From Bacteroidia bacterium (GTDB taxonomy: Bacteria > Bacteroidota > Bacteroidia > Chitinophagales > JAUHXS01): 64,000 bases of DNA. The notes beneath the pieces were generated by a model, which made no database searches, had not been told where the DNA came from, and saw only the letters and a list, made by a program, of their open reading frames with translations. Positions 26,925 to 37,757 of the stretch are shown one piece after another. Position numbers and translations under genes: made by a program. Location of the stretch: positions 16,629 through 80,628 of the forward strand of contig JAUHXS010000012.1 of assembly GCA_030426955.1 (NCBI GenBank). The letters are read 5' to 3'. Each line of letters opens with the position of its first letter. The first letter of the stretch is position 1.

Positions 26925-29555
26925 TTACTCAGGCTCAAAACCGAGCACAATGCTGAATTTGCCAAATCTACCTAATAAGTCGCCAAAGTTCTCAGGTTTA
27001 GGTAGGTTTCTGTCAATACCGACACCATAGTCAAATCCAAGTAGTCCAAACATTGGTAGAAAGACTCTAAGCCCAACCCCAACAGATCTTTTCAATTTGA
27101 AAGGGTTATAAGAGCTGAAGTTATCATATGTATTTCCAGCTTGAACAAATGCAGTGGTGAAAATGGTTGAAGAAGGGTTGAGTGATAGAGGGTAGCGCAA
27201 TTCAAAAGTGAATTTATTAAATATGGGTTGGCCATCTATTTGGCCTGTTACAGGGTTGGTTGGTGTAACATGATTTGGCTCATATCCTCGAAGAGCAATA
27301 ATGTCCCTTCCAAAAATGTTAAAGTTTGATATACCATCTCCACCTAACTCAAAGCGTTCAAATGGAGAGAGACCCACATTGGAATTGTAGAAGCCGAGGA
27401 AGCCAAATTTTGCTTCTGTTCTCAGTACTAGCTTGTTATCTTTAGATAGTGGTGTAAACCATTCTGCATTAAACCTCCATTTGTGATATTCTACCCATTT
27501 ATATTTTTGTGCATCAGTAGCGCCTTCATCTTCTCCTTTTGTGTAAAGTCCCCAATTGGAATAAGAGGGGGTTAGTTGCATAGACAGAGATATTCTTGAA
27601 CCTGTTCTTGGATAAAGAGGTTGATCAATCGAAGTTCTAGCAAGTGTTTCTTGAATGCTAATATTGTTAGCTATGCCATCACTAAAAATAAATCTGGTCC
27701 AATTTTGTAACTCATAAACCTGGAAATTGATAGCAGACTGTAGGGTGAAATAGTCGTCTGGAAATTTTAAACGTTTACCGAGGCTTAATGTTAACCCGTT
27801 TGCGGCAAATTTTTGATAGTCTATAGCATCCTTATCTCCAAAGGCATTAACCGATCTATAAACACTTGTTGTGAATGAATTTGGCTTTTTGCCACCTAGC
27901 CAAGGTTCTGTAAATGAAGCATTAAGTGACTGGAAGTTTCTACCATTTGCCTGATATCTGATAGAAAATGTTTGTCCATCTCCTGATGGAAGTGGATTCC
28001 AAGTTCCCTTTTTGAAAATATTATAGGTAGAGAAATTATTAAAAGAAAGCCCGAGTGTTCCTACCACTCCATTGCCTCCCCAACCTAGAGACATCTCTGC
28101 CTGGCTGGATGGTTTCTCGGCTACTTTATATTCTATATCAACCGTTCCATTTTCAGGATGCGGAGTAGGAGTAACGCCTAATTGCTCTGGATCGAAAAAG
28201 CCTAAATTGGCTATTTCTCGTTGTGAACGAATGATGTCTGATCGGCTGAATTTGCTTCCAGGAAGTGTTCTGAGTTCTCTTCGAATGACGCGTTCGTTGG
28301 TTTGTGTATTTCCTACGATAGTAACATTGTTGATGATGGCTTGAGGACCTTCGTAAACTTGTATTTCAAGGTCTATTGAATCGTTTTCAACTGCTATTTC
28401 TACAGGAGTAATGTTAAAAAATAGATAACCATCATCCATATAAAGAGAGCTAACATCTCCTCCTGTTTGACTCATGAACAGCCTTTCATCTAGCAAAGTT
28501 TGGTCGTAAATGGTACCTTTCTTGATTCCCAGAATCTTGCTTAGCAATTCACTACTATATTTTGTATTCCCTTTCCACTTGATATCTCTAAAATAAAACT
28601 GATTGCCCTCGTCAATATTAATCACAATGTTTAAATCGTGATTCTCATTGGTATAAATGGAATCACTTATGATATAGGCATCTCGATAACCTTTGCTATT
28701 ATAAAAAGCTATCAGCGCTTCCTTATCTTCTTTGTAATCCTCTTTGATATATCTGGAAGCAGAGAACAGTCTTAATCTAAAGTTATCTCTTGCATAATTA
28801 AACAAGTTCAATGGAGTGATTCTTGTAATATGCTTTGGATTATATGTTTTTAAGTCAACTGTTTTATTTCGAATATCTTTAAATAGATTGATCTCTGTTT
28901 TTTCTTTCGTGTTTTTCATCAATCTTTGTAGCCTGTAATGATCGAAGTTGTCGTTTCCAGTAAAGCTGACGTCATTTACTCTTGCTTTATGCCCTTTATC
29001 GATATTGAAGTCTAATACAACATTATTGGTCATCGCTGAATCTGGCTTTTCTGTTACAATTACACTTGCATTAATGTAGCCTTTCTCGATATAGTATTGT
29101 TTGATTTTGTTTGTCGATCGTATCTTGAGGTTTTCCGTAACGACCCGACCCCTTAGTAGCTTGATATCATCTCTAATATCCTCTATTTCAGATTTTTTTG
29201 CTCCATCGAAAGTGAATTTCGATAGTCTTGGTCTTTCTGTTGCCACTATTTCTAAAAATATCTGGTCGCCTAAAAATCTTGTAGCATAAATGTCTACTGT
29301 TGCAAACAATTCTTGCTTCCACAGTTTTTTGATGGCAGTAGAAATATCATCTCCTGGCACAGTAATAATTCTCCCAACAGCTAAGCCAGAGATCTTAATT
29401 AAGATATCTTCGTTTAAGTATTTAATCCCCTTGACAGTTACTCCCGCGATCTCATACTTTCTAGAGGCATTGTATTCAATATTATCAAAGCGTTGAGCTA
29501 AACTGACATTGGCTAACGATAAAAAAGCAATAAATAAGAGAAGAATGTACCGCAT
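26925..29555 (-). CDS. bamA: Outer membrane protein assembly factor BamA
   Basis: 876 aa; signal peptide, POTRA-like N-terminal repeats, Omp85 C-terminal barrel ending ...VLGFEPE; conserved uppS-bamA synteny. Confidence 0.85.
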   Translation of the reverse strand: MRYILLLFIAFLSLANVSLAQRFDNIEYNASRKYEIAGVTVKGIKYLNEDILIKISGLAVGRIITVPGDDISTAIKKLWKQELFATVDIYATRFLGDQIFLEIVATERPRLSKFTFDGAKKSEIEDIRDDIKLLRGRVVTENLKIRSTNKIKQYYIEKGYINASVIVTEKPDSAMTNNVVLDFNIDKGHKARVNDVSFTGNDNFDHYRLQRLMKNTKEKTEINLFKDIRNKTVDLKTYNPKHITRITPLNLFNYARDNFRLRLFSASRYIKEDYKEDKEALIAFYNSKGYRDAYIISDSIYTNENHDLNIVINIDEGNQFYFRDIKWKGNTKYSSELLSKILGIKKGTIYDQTLLDERLFMSQTGGDVSSLYMDDGYLFFNITPVEIAVENDSIDLEIQVYEGPQAIINNVTIVGNTQTNERVIRRELRTLPGSKFSRSDIIRSQREIANLGFFDPEQLGVTPTPHPENGTVDIEYKVAEKPSSQAEMSLGWGGNGVVGTLGLSFNNFSTYNIFKKGTWNPLPSGDGQTFSIRYQANGRNFQSLNASFTEPWLGGKKPNSFTTSVYRSVNAFGDKDAIDYQKFAANGLTLSLGKRLKFPDDYFTLQSAINFQVYELQNWTRFIFSDGIANNISIQETLARTSIDQPLYPRTGSRISLSMQLTPSYSNWGLYTKGEDEGATDAQKYKWVEYHKWRFNAEWFTPLSKDNKLVLRTEAKFGFLGFYNSNVGLSPFERFELGGDGISNFNIFGRDIIALRGYEPNHVTPTNPVTGQIDGQPIFNKFTFELRYPLSLNPSSTIFTTAFVQAGNTYDNFSSYNPFKLKRSVGVGLRVFLPMFGLLGFDYGVGIDRNLPKPENFGDLLGRFGKFSIVLGFEPE

Positions 29556-29558
29556 AAA

Positions 29559-30299
29559 CTAACTCAGTTGTTCGCTTACTTTACCAAATCTGCGCTCTCT
29601 ATTTTGATAACTGACAAGCGCATCGTACAAGTTTTCTCTTGTGAAATCAGGCCACAGAATTTCGGTGAAATAGAGCTCGGCATAAGCAATTTGCCACAAA
29701 AGATAATTGCTAATACGACATTCGCCGCTTGTTCTGATCAATAGCTCAGGGTCAGGCATCCCTTTAGTGGCTAAGTGGTCTGAAATAGTTTCCTCGCTAA
29801 TATTATTTGGATTCATATTTCCGTTTGCTACTTCTTGTGCAATTTGTTTGGTTGCTTGTGTGATTTCCCATCGGGAACTGTAACTTAATGCTAACGTTAG
29901 TGTGGTGCGTTTATTGTGTTTAGTGGCTTCAATAGCCTCCATTAGTTCATCGTGACATTTCTCGGGCAGGCTTTCTAAGTCGCCTATTGCATTGAGTTTG
30001 ACATCGTTTTTAAGTAGTGTTTCAGTTTCTTGCTTGATGGTATAGACTAAAAGCTCCATCAATGCGCCAACTTCTTCTGTTGGCCTTGCCCAGTTTTCAG
30101 TTGAGAAGGCATAAAGCGTTAAGTATTTTACTCCAAGTTCAGCACAAGCTTCTGTTACTTCTCTTACGGCTGTTACACCATTTTGGTGACCAAAAGTCCT
30201 TTCTTTGCTGTGTTTTTTTGCCCATCTGCCATTACCATCCATGATAATGGCAATGTGACTGGGTAATTTTTCTGTTTGTATGGAATCTTTTAGACTCAT
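29559..30299 (-). CDS. uppS: Isoprenyl transferase (undecaprenyl-diphosphate synthase)
   Basis: The longest ORF (to 30434) carries a 45-aa non-conserved extension. Starting at Met-46 (MSLKDS...HIAIIMDGNGRWAKK) gives a canonical 246-aa UppS with the DGNGRWA motif. Confidence 0.85.
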   Translation of the reverse strand: MSLKDSIQTEKLPSHIAIIMDGNGRWAKKHSKERTFGHQNGVTAVREVTEACAELGVKYLTLYAFSTENWARPTEEVGALMELLVYTIKQETETLLKNDVKLNAIGDLESLPEKCHDELMEAIEATKHNKRTTLTLALSYSSRWEITQATKQIAQEVANGNMNPNNISEETISDHLATKGMPDPELLIRTSGECRISNYLLWQIAYAELYFTEILWPDFTRENLYDALVSYQNRERRFGKVSEQLS

Positions 30300-30574
30300 G
30301 TCAGAGCGCAAAGTTACTATATTTATGCGGATTATACCGAATGCAGATATTATATAGTTCAAAAAATGTATTTTGTAATTTATACTTAAACTATTAAGTT
30401 GTTGAGTTGGCATCATACTCTGTAACAATTTCATTTAGTCATTATTGACTTTTCCTTGTCTTTTGTAAGCAGGGGACTAAATAATAATTGACATTGGTAT
30501 GACCTACCGTTTGAATTGTGCAAATCGTAACTTAACGCTTAGCGAGAAAACTTGGAGTGTTAAAATGAAGTGGA

Positions 30575-32101
30575 ATGAAACAAGATATTGAAAATATTGA
30601 ATTGAGTCTCTTAACCTTTAATGATTATAATGAGTTAAGAGATACAATGATTGAGTCCTATCCCGGAATGCCAAATGCTTATTGGAAAGAGCAACACATC
30701 AAGGCATTACTAGAAAAATTTCCTGATGGGCAAGTTGTTATTAAAGTAAATGATCAGCTAGCGGGCTGTGCATTAGCAATAATAGTAGATTATCAGAAAT
30801 TTGAAGAGCATCATACGTATAAAGAAATCACGGGTGATTATACCTTTGATACGCACATTGAAAATGGAGATGTGCTTTACGGCATTGATATATTTATAAA
30901 ACCAGAATATAGGGGACTGCGTTTGGGAAGAAGATTGTATGATTATCGTAAAGAACTTTGTGAGCAGCTTAACTTGAGGGGTATTGCATTTGGTGGAAGA
31001 ATACCCAACTATCATAAATATGCATCTGAAACTACGCCTCAAAAGTATATTGAAAAAGTAAAAAGAAAGGAGATTCATGATCCTGTACTCACTTTCCAGA
31101 TATCAAATGACTTTCACCCATCGAAAGTTTTGAAAGGATATTTAGAGGGGGATACTGACTCAAATGAATACGCTGTTTTATTGGAATGGGACAATATATA
31201 CTTTGAAAAGCCTAAGCAAAGCACAGCAATTGCAAAAACTGTTGTTCGACTAGGACTAGTGCAATGGCAGATGCGCTTGTATAAAGATTTTGAAGAGTTG
31301 ATGCAGCAGGTGGAGTATTTTGTCGATGCGGTTTCAGCCTATCGGGCTGATTTTGCATTGTTTCCTGAGTTTTTTAATGCGCCTCTGATGGCGGAGCATA
31401 ATCATCTTTCAGAGTCTGATGCGATTAGGGAGTTGGCAAAGTACACAGGTAAAATTGTCAAAAAATTCTCTGAATTGGCTATAGCTTATAATATCAATAT
31501 TATTACTGGAAGTATGCCAGAGATGAAAGATGGATTGTTATATAATGTTGGCTATTTATGTCGGCGAGATGGAACAATGGAAAGATACGAGAAGTTGCAT
31601 GTTACTCCTGACGAAGCCAAGGTATGGGGAATGCAGGGTGGAAGTGAGTTGAAAACTTTTGATACCGATTGTGGTAAGATAGGGGTGTTAATCTGCTATG
31701 ACTCGGAGTTTCCAGAGCTTAGCAGACTTTTAGCAGATGATGGCATGGACATATTGTTTGTTCCATTCCTTACGGATACGCAAAATGGTTATTCAAGAGT
31801 AAGGCATTGTGCACAGGCCAGAGCTATTGAAAATGAATGTTATGTTGCCATTGCAGGAAGTGTTGGGAATCTACCTAAAGTTGCCAATATGGATATTCAA
31901 TTTGCTCAATCGATGGTTTTTACGCCATGTGATTTTTCGTTTCCAACAAACGGAATTAAAGCAGAGGCTACACCAAATACAGAAATGATTTTAATAGCTA
32001 ATGTTGATATATCATTATTAAGAGAGCTCAATCAATTTGGTAGTGTAAAGAATCTAAAAGACAGAAGGAAAGACTTATTTGAATTAAAAAAGATAACGTA
32101 A
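30575..32101 (+). CDS. Bifunctional GNAT N-acetyltransferase / carbon-nitrogen hydrolase (nitrilase superfamily) protein
   Basis: 508 aa; N-terminal GNAT core (…IFIKPEYRGLRLGRRLY…); C-terminal nitrilase-fold with catalytic ...GVLICYDSEFPE... Cys. Confidence 0.7.
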   Translation: MKQDIENIELSLLTFNDYNELRDTMIESYPGMPNAYWKEQHIKALLEKFPDGQVVIKVNDQLAGCALAIIVDYQKFEEHHTYKEITGDYTFDTHIENGDVLYGIDIFIKPEYRGLRLGRRLYDYRKELCEQLNLRGIAFGGRIPNYHKYASETTPQKYIEKVKRKEIHDPVLTFQISNDFHPSKVLKGYLEGDTDSNEYAVLLEWDNIYFEKPKQSTAIAKTVVRLGLVQWQMRLYKDFEELMQQVEYFVDAVSAYRADFALFPEFFNAPLMAEHNHLSESDAIRELAKYTGKIVKKFSELAIAYNINIITGSMPEMKDGLLYNVGYLCRRDGTMERYEKLHVTPDEAKVWGMQGGSELKTFDTDCGKIGVLICYDSEFPELSRLLADDGMDILFVPFLTDTQNGYSRVRHCAQARAIENECYVAIAGSVGNLPKVANMDIQFAQSMVFTPCDFSFPTNGIKAEATPNTEMILIANVDISLLRELNQFGSVKNLKDRRKDLFELKKIT

Positions 32102-32509
32102 ATGCATTCAACAAATTATTACAATACCCTTATCGAGATTGCAGAAGATTGTCCAATTCATGAGGGAGAAATGCCACCTTTAAAAGGAGAGAAGAAGTCA
32201 GTGGCTAACTATCAGTTTGATATGGTGTACGACAATCCCTACAAATACACTTCTGATGATGTGCTTTTTGGTGTTTTTGCCCAGAGAAAGGAAGTTTCAA
32301 AATCGGAATATGATGATGAAAGAGTGGTCTACTTTTCGAAGGGGCAACCTTGCTTTAGGGCTTCTCCTCTAACCAAAAGATATGGCTGGGGGGTGCATAG
32401 CGATGAAAATGGTAAGATTGCCATTTATGGTGCGGAAAGTAAAAAATATCAAGAGCTAGTTGCAGATGATACTGTTAAAAAAGTGAAGGCGATGAAGTCT
32501 AAGAGGTGA
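32102..32509 (+). CDS. Hypothetical protein (135 aa)
   Basis: ATG overlaps the stop of the upstream gene (TAAATG), which suggests co-translation; no recognised domain. Confidence 0.4.
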   Translation: MHSTNYYNTLIEIAEDCPIHEGEMPPLKGEKKSVANYQFDMVYDNPYKYTSDDVLFGVFAQRKEVSKSEYDDERVVYFSKGQPCFRASPLTKRYGWGVHSDENGKIAIYGAESKKYQELVADDTVKKVKAMKSKR

Positions 32510-32512
32510 TTA

Positions 32513-33448
32513 TTATAAATCTGCTAAATAATCCTTTACGCTAGTTTCCATGTTATGAGAATTGTTCTGTCTTATGAACCCTTCTCCCGTAATATGTTCA
32601 AACAATTCAATATATCGTTCAGAAACACTTTGAACAAATTCGTCAGGCATTTCTGGCATAGTTTGTCCTTCCAATCCCTGAAATCCATTACTAATCAACC
32701 ATTGTCTTACAAACTCTTTGGATAACTGCTTTTGCGGTTCTCCTTTTTCTTGTCGCTCCTGATAGCCATCTCGATAAAAATATCTCGATGAATCTGGGGT
32801 GTGGATTTCGTCAATAAGATGAATTTTCCCATTATGCTTTCCGAACTCATATTTTGTGTCGACTAAAATTAAACCTTGCTTATTTGCCATTTCCGTGCCT
32901 TTTTGAAATAGCGCTCTTGTATGCTTTTCAAGTTCAAGATATTCAGTCTCAGAGACAATACCTTGGGCGATAATTTCTTCTCTAGAAATGTCTTCATCGT
33001 GACCTTCGTTATTTTTCGTTGCAGGTGTAATGATAGGCTCAGGAAACTTGTCATTTTCTATCATGCCATCGGGCATGGTAACGCCACATAATATGCGTTT
33101 ACCGTCGCGATATTCTCTCCACGCATGACCAGAAAGATAACCTCTGATCACCATTTCAACAGGATAAGGGTCGCACTTTAATCCTACTGATACAGAGGGA
33201 TGAGGCGTATCTATTAACCAATTGGGAACAATATCAGCAGTAGCTTTTAAGAACTTTGCAGCGATCTGATTCAAAACTTGACCTTTATATGGAATTGGCT
33301 TAGGAAGGATAAAATCAAATGCAGAAATCCGATCTGAAGTAACCACAACCAAATATTTGTCTTCAATATTGTAAACGTCTCGTACCTTCCCCTTATAAAA
33401 ACTTTTTTGTCCTGGAAATGAGAACTGAGTTTCTAACGTAGTATTCAT
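32513..33448 (-). CDS. purC: Phosphoribosylaminoimidazole-succinocarboxamide synthase
   Basis: 311 aa; the YKGKVRDVY...SDRISAFD... SAICAR-synthetase signature. Confidence 0.9.
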   Translation of the reverse strand: MNTTLETQFSFPGQKSFYKGKVRDVYNIEDKYLVVVTSDRISAFDFILPKPIPYKGQVLNQIAAKFLKATADIVPNWLIDTPHPSVSVGLKCDPYPVEMVIRGYLSGHAWREYRDGKRILCGVTMPDGMIENDKFPEPIITPATKNNEGHDEDISREEIIAQGIVSETEYLELEKHTRALFQKGTEMANKQGLILVDTKYEFGKHNGKIHLIDEIHTPDSSRYFYRDGYQERQEKGEPQKQLSKEFVRQWLISNGFQGLEGQTMPEMPDEFVQSVSERYIELFEHITGEGFIRQNNSHNMETSVKDYLADL

Positions 33449-34434
33449 TGGTCACTATTTTTATCGTAAGCATTGATAATGTCTTTTACCAATCGGTGTC
33501 TAATCACATCTTTTGCGTCTAGCTTGACAATGCTGATTCCCTCGACGTTCTTTAAGATGTCAAGAGCAAACCCTAGACCTGAAACTTGTTTGTCGGGTAA
33601 GTCTATTTGTGTCAGGTCTCCTGTAATAATACATTTAGCTATAGGACCAATTCTGGTTAAAAACATTTTGAGCTGAGCAGAAGTTGCATTTTGGGCTTCA
33701 TCTAAAATGATAAAGGCATTATTTAACGTACGTCCACGCATAAAGGCTAGTGGAGCTATTTCAATGATCCTGTTTTCTAAATAATAGTTGAGCTTTTCAG
33801 CAGGAATCATGTCATCTAGTGCGTCGTATAATGGACGTAGATAAGGGTCAATTTTTTCTTTCAAGTCACCTGGCAAAAAGCCTAGGTTTTCTCCTGCCTC
33901 AACAGCAGGTCTTGTTAAAATGATCCGCTTGATAACTTTTTCTTTTAGGGCTTTTACGGCCATAGCCACAGCAGTATAAGTTTTTCCCGTTCCAGCTGGG
34001 CCTATGGCAAATAGAATATCGTTTTTTTCCGATTCTGCTACAATTCGCTTTTGGTTAGGGGTTTTGGCTCTGATTCTTTGTTTGTCCGCACCATATAAAA
34101 TGACATCGTCTTTTGATTCTGGAATGCCATCTTCAAATCTGGAAGAATCGGAGAGTAAGTTTTCTACACTTTGAATGGATATTTTACCATTTTTAAAAAT
34201 GAATTCTTTAATTAAATCAATTTTTTCAACCAATTGATCAATCTCACTCTTATTTCCTGACACCTTAATGTTATCGCCTCTAGAAGTGATTTTTAAGTCG
34301 GAAAACTTTTTCTTTACTAAGTCGAATTTCTTGTTTGCTGCTCCAAAAAATTCAATCGGGTCAACGCCACTTATGTTGATAGTTATCTCTGACAAATAAT
34401 AGATTTTGATATAAAAATAAATAAAGAAGTTCAA
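33445..34434 (-). CDS. phoH: PhoH family ATPase
   Basis: 329 aa; Walker [16 protein letters not shown]; length and the rest of the sequence match PhoH-like proteins. Confidence 0.85.
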   Translation of the reverse strand: MNFFIYFYIKIYYLSEITINISGVDPIEFFGAANKKFDLVKKKFSDLKITSRGDNIKVSGNKSEIDQLVEKIDLIKEFIFKNGKISIQSVENLLSDSSRFEDGIPESKDDVILYGADKQRIRAKTPNQKRIVAESEKNDILFAIGPAGTGKTYTAVAMAVKALKEKVIKRIILTRPAVEAGENLGFLPGDLKEKIDPYLRPLYDALDDMIPAEKLNYYLENRIIEIAPLAFMRGRTLNNAFIILDEAQNATSAQLKMFLTRIGPIAKCIITGDLTQIDLPDKQVSGLGFALDILKNVEGISIVKLDAKDVIRHRLVKDIINAYDKNSDQ

Positions 34435-34521
34435 ACATTTAGAATTAAGGAATGCTAATTACAGAAGTAAACGATTTGTGAGTTTCAAAAGGGAATAGAT
34501 TGCTATATTTGTTGAAGGGTT

Positions 34522-35298
34522 ATGAGCAGTATCATTACAATTACTTCTGATTTAGGAAACAAAGATCCTAATTTGGGTTTGCTAAAAGGGCGTATATTAA
34601 GCTTAGCTCCTAATGCTCAGGTTGTGGATATTAGTAATGAGATACAACCATTTAATATTGCAGAAGCTGCTTATATTGTAAAGAACGCATTTACCAGCTT
34701 TCCAGAAAATTCAGTGCACATTATAAGTGTTGGTACTTATGATCGATCTCATCAAAAATTTTTAGCGATATATTATCAGAAACAATATTTTTTGGTACAT
34801 GATAATGGTTTGTTTTCATTAGTTATGACTGAGGCACCTGATCAAATCGTCGAGATTACAATTAGCGATACCGCTTCACCAACTTTTCCAACCATTGATG
34901 TCTTAATTCCTGCAGCCTGCTCATTAGCTAAGGGAGAATCTTTAAGTGCTATAGGGGGAACTGTTAATAGTGTATTGCAGGGAGCCGTTTTACAGCCAGC
35001 TATTCAACAAGATAATATTAGAGGCAGCATTATTTATATTGATAATTATGGTAATGCAGTTTCAAATATTACAAAGAAATTATTTGATGAAGTTAAAAAC
35101 GATAGAGGCTTTGTGGTCTACTTTAAACGAAATGAAAGCTTGAGTGAGATTTCTCAAAATTATAATGATGTAGCAGAAGGGGAAAAGCTTTGTTTTTTTA
35201 ATCATAATGGTAACCTTGAAATTGCAATTAATTTTGGCAGTGCAGGAGATTTGTTTGGGCTAAATGTTGGAGATACCATTCAAATTGATTTTGTATAA
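34522..35298 (+). CDS. SAM hydroxide adenosyltransferase family protein (DUF62 / fluorinase-chlorinase fold)
   Basis: 258 aa; the N-terminal ITITSDLGNKDPNLGLLKGRIL motif is characteristic of the DUF62 family. Confidence 0.65.
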   Translation: MSSIITITSDLGNKDPNLGLLKGRILSLAPNAQVVDISNEIQPFNIAEAAYIVKNAFTSFPENSVHIISVGTYDRSHQKFLAIYYQKQYFLVHDNGLFSLVMTEAPDQIVEITISDTASPTFPTIDVLIPAACSLAKGESLSAIGGTVNSVLQGAVLQPAIQQDNIRGSIIYIDNYGNAVSNITKKLFDEVKNDRGFVVYFKRNESLSEISQNYNDVAEGEKLCFFNHNGNLEIAINFGSAGDLFGLNVGDTIQIDFV

Positions 35299-35583
35299 AT
35301 GATACGGATTGTAAAAATGGTTTTTAGACCTGATGAAGTAGATAGTTTTCTTGCAATTTTTGAAAGTGTAAAAGATAAAATAGCAGGTTTTGAGGGTTGT
35401 GATGGGGTAGAGTTATTGCGGGATAAACACAATTCAAATGTCATGTTTACTTATAGTTATTGGGATAGTGAGAAGAACCTAGATAAATATAGGTATTCAG
35501 AGCTTTTTGCAGATACCTGGCAAAAAACTAAAAAACTTTTTCTTCAAAAAGCAGAGGCTTGGTCATTAGAAAAACATTCTTAA
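35299..35583 (+). CDS. ABM (antibiotic-biosynthesis-monooxygenase-like) domain protein
   Basis: 94-aa ferredoxin-like fold candidate; start is immediately adjacent to the upstream stop. Confidence 0.4.
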   Translation: MIRIVKMVFRPDEVDSFLAIFESVKDKIAGFEGCDGVELLRDKHNSNVMFTYSYWDSEKNLDKYRYSELFADTWQKTKKLFLQKAEAWSLEKHS

Positions 35584-36134
35584 CCTTATTAATTACGACG
35601 ACTTTAACATTTTATGCCTGTGAGATGAGTTCACAGCTAGAAGATGCATCATTTAGTCTACTTGGTGCTAAAGAATTTTCAGGACAGCTTTTTAAAAAGA
35701 ATAAAGGAACGGTATTTTGTTTTTTTTCACCAGATTGTCCACTTAGTGAGAATTACACTTTGCCTATCAATGAGCTTTCAATAAAATATCAGAGTGAAAG
35801 CATTTTATTTTATAATGTTTTTAGTGGCACTCTGTATTCAGAATCGAAAATTGATTCCTTTGTCAAAACGTATCAACTCAAGCCCGAATCTATTTTGGAT
35901 GATAATTACCAATTGAAAAAATATCTTGACGCAACTATCACTCCCGAGGTTTTTTTATTAGATTCTAACTTGAATGTAGTTTATAGGGGAAAAATTGACG
36001 ATTGGATCATCAGTTTAGGCAAGAAGAAAAGTGCGCCTACCCAGTTTTATCTAGAAGATGCTATTAACAGTTATCTAGAAGGCAGAGCTCCCAAAATACC
36101 ATCAATAAAAGCAATTGGATGTTTTATAGAATAG
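35559..36134 (+). CDS. Thioredoxin-fold (redoxin/TlpA-like) protein with CxxS motif
   Basis: 191 aa; ...VFCFFSPDCPLSE... Trx-like active-site region; overlaps neighbours on both sides. Confidence 0.4.
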   Translation: MVIRKTFLTLLITTTLTFYACEMSSQLEDASFSLLGAKEFSGQLFKKNKGTVFCFFSPDCPLSENYTLPINELSIKYQSESILFYNVFSGTLYSESKIDSFVKTYQLKPESILDDNYQLKKYLDATITPEVFLLDSNLNVVYRGKIDDWIISLGKKKSAPTQFYLEDAINSYLEGRAPKIPSIKAIGCFIE

Positions 36135-37468
36135 CAATTTGCTTCATACCATTAATGTTTTTTTACGCTTGTGAGCAAGAACAAACCGTTACGTTTAATG
36201 AAGATATTGCTCCTATCATTCATAAAAATTGTACTCCATGTCATCGACCTGGAGAGGCTGGTCCGTTTTCATTAATTACTTATCAAGATGTTTTGCGAAA
36301 AGCGAAAACTATTAAACAGGTTACGCAAGATAAGTATATGCCTCCTTGGCCTGCTGATAAAAGTTATTCAACCTTTTTAAATGAACGTGGGCTGACAGAT
36401 GACGAGATCGATATGATTGCAAAATGGGTGGATCAAGAGTGTCCAATAGGCGATACTACCATCAAAGTAAAGCCCCCTGAGTTTCCTGATGGGTCACAAC
36501 TAGGAGAACCAGACTTGGTCTTGAAAATGATGGAACCTTATAAAATAGAGGGTAACAATACAGATCATTTTGTTGTTGTGAAAATACCCTTTGAACTAGC
36601 TGAAGAAAAGTTTGTCAAAACAATAGAATTTGTACCTGATAACCGAAAACTGGTTCACCATGCTAATGTACATCTAATTAATTATGAAGAAGATATGAAA
36701 GACGATCTATATGGTGGTGAAATGTTAATTAAAGACAATGCCTTTGACAACTTATCGACCATTGAGCAATTGGATCTTTGGAATAATGACAAAACATATC
36801 CTAAACTCATTCCATCTATTGCAAATTATCTTCCAGGTGTTGTAACCAATGAGTATCCAGAGGGAATTGGTGGATTTAGAATGAGGAAAAAGGGTATCAT
36901 TTTGCTTAAAAATATACATTACGGCCCTACGCCTACGGAGCAATACGATCAATCTTATTTCAATATTTTTTTTACAGATGAGCTTCCGAAAAGGAAAGTA
37001 AGAGAGTTTCAAATGGGGACATCTGGGGTTTCTAAGATAGAGCCAGAGTTTATTCTACCACCTAATACAATTAAAAAATTTAAAACAAAATTTACACTTC
37101 CTGAGCCGATTTCAATAATTACTGTAAATCCGCATATGCACCTTTTGGGAAAAGATTTTCTTGCTTATGCAATTAGGCCTAATGGGGACACCGTAAAACT
37201 CATTCGGATTAATGAGTGGGATTTTAGATGGCAATATTTCTATACTTTTCCGAAAATGCTAAAACTAGAGCAAGGAACCAACATCTATGCTTTTGGTACT
37301 TTTGATAACACATTGCAAAATCCTTTTAATCCCTACAATCCGCCTAGAGAATTGAGAGAGCCAAAAGGATATATGAAAACAACAGACGAAATGTTTCAGT
37401 TGATTATAACCTATCTTCTGTATCAAGATGGCGATGAAAATATTTCTCTAGACCCTAATGATAAATAA
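36119..37468 (+). CDS. Fusion protein: N-terminal c-type cytochrome domain (CTPCH) plus C-terminal copper type II ascorbate-dependent monooxygenase-like domain
   Basis: Heme-binding CxxCH (IIHKNCTPCHRPGEAGP); downstream His/Met ligand order HH (LVHHANVH) ... H ... HxH (NPHMHLLGK) ... M fits the PHM/DBH CuH/CuM pattern. Confidence 0.45.
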   Translation: MFYRIAICFIPLMFFYACEQEQTVTFNEDIAPIIHKNCTPCHRPGEAGPFSLITYQDVLRKAKTIKQVTQDKYMPPWPADKSYSTFLNERGLTDDEIDMIAKWVDQECPIGDTTIKVKPPEFPDGSQLGEPDLVLKMMEPYKIEGNNTDHFVVVKIPFELAEEKFVKTIEFVPDNRKLVHHANVHLINYEEDMKDDLYGGEMLIKDNAFDNLSTIEQLDLWNNDKTYPKLIPSIANYLPGVVTNEYPEGIGGFRMRKKGIILLKNIHYGPTPTEQYDQSYFNIFFTDELPKRKVREFQMGTSGVSKIEPEFILPPNTIKKFKTKFTLPEPISIITVNPHMHLLGKDFLAYAIRPNGDTVKLIRINEWDFRWQYFYTFPKMLKLEQGTNIYAFGTFDNTLQNPFNPYNPPRELREPKGYMKTTDEMFQLIITYLLYQDGDENISLDPNDK

Positions 37469-37471
37469 CAA

Positions 37472-37708
37472 ATGGGAAAAAATCTGCAAGAAAAAATAAA
37501 TCCTAAAATTATTGAAGGGGTAAAACAAAGGCTAAAAAAGGCTCGACGGAATAAAAAGTTGACACAAGCAGAAGTGTTAAAAGAGACAGGAATTCATGTT
37601 GGGCGTTTGGAAAGTGAAGGTTATTCTAAAAACATGAGCGTTATTACTTTAATAATTTTATGTGATTTATATGAAATTAGGATTTCAGGTTTATTTAAAG
37701 GGCTGTAG
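37472..37708 (+). CDS. XRE-family helix-turn-helix transcriptional regulator
   Basis: 78 aa; ...KKLTQAEVLKETGIHVGRLESEG... is a typical HTH_3 motif. Confidence 0.5.
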   Translation: MGKNLQEKINPKIIEGVKQRLKKARRNKKLTQAEVLKETGIHVGRLESEGYSKNMSVITLIILCDLYEIRISGLFKGL

Positions 37709-37757
37709 AGATTACAAGATTGAAAGATTAGAAAATGAAGCAGTTAATATTAAATTC

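Noticed and set aside
29559-30434. 291-aa long form of UppS
   Set aside because: The first 45 codons are non-conserved and hydrophobic. The canonical UppS N-terminus begins at Met-46 (start 30299).
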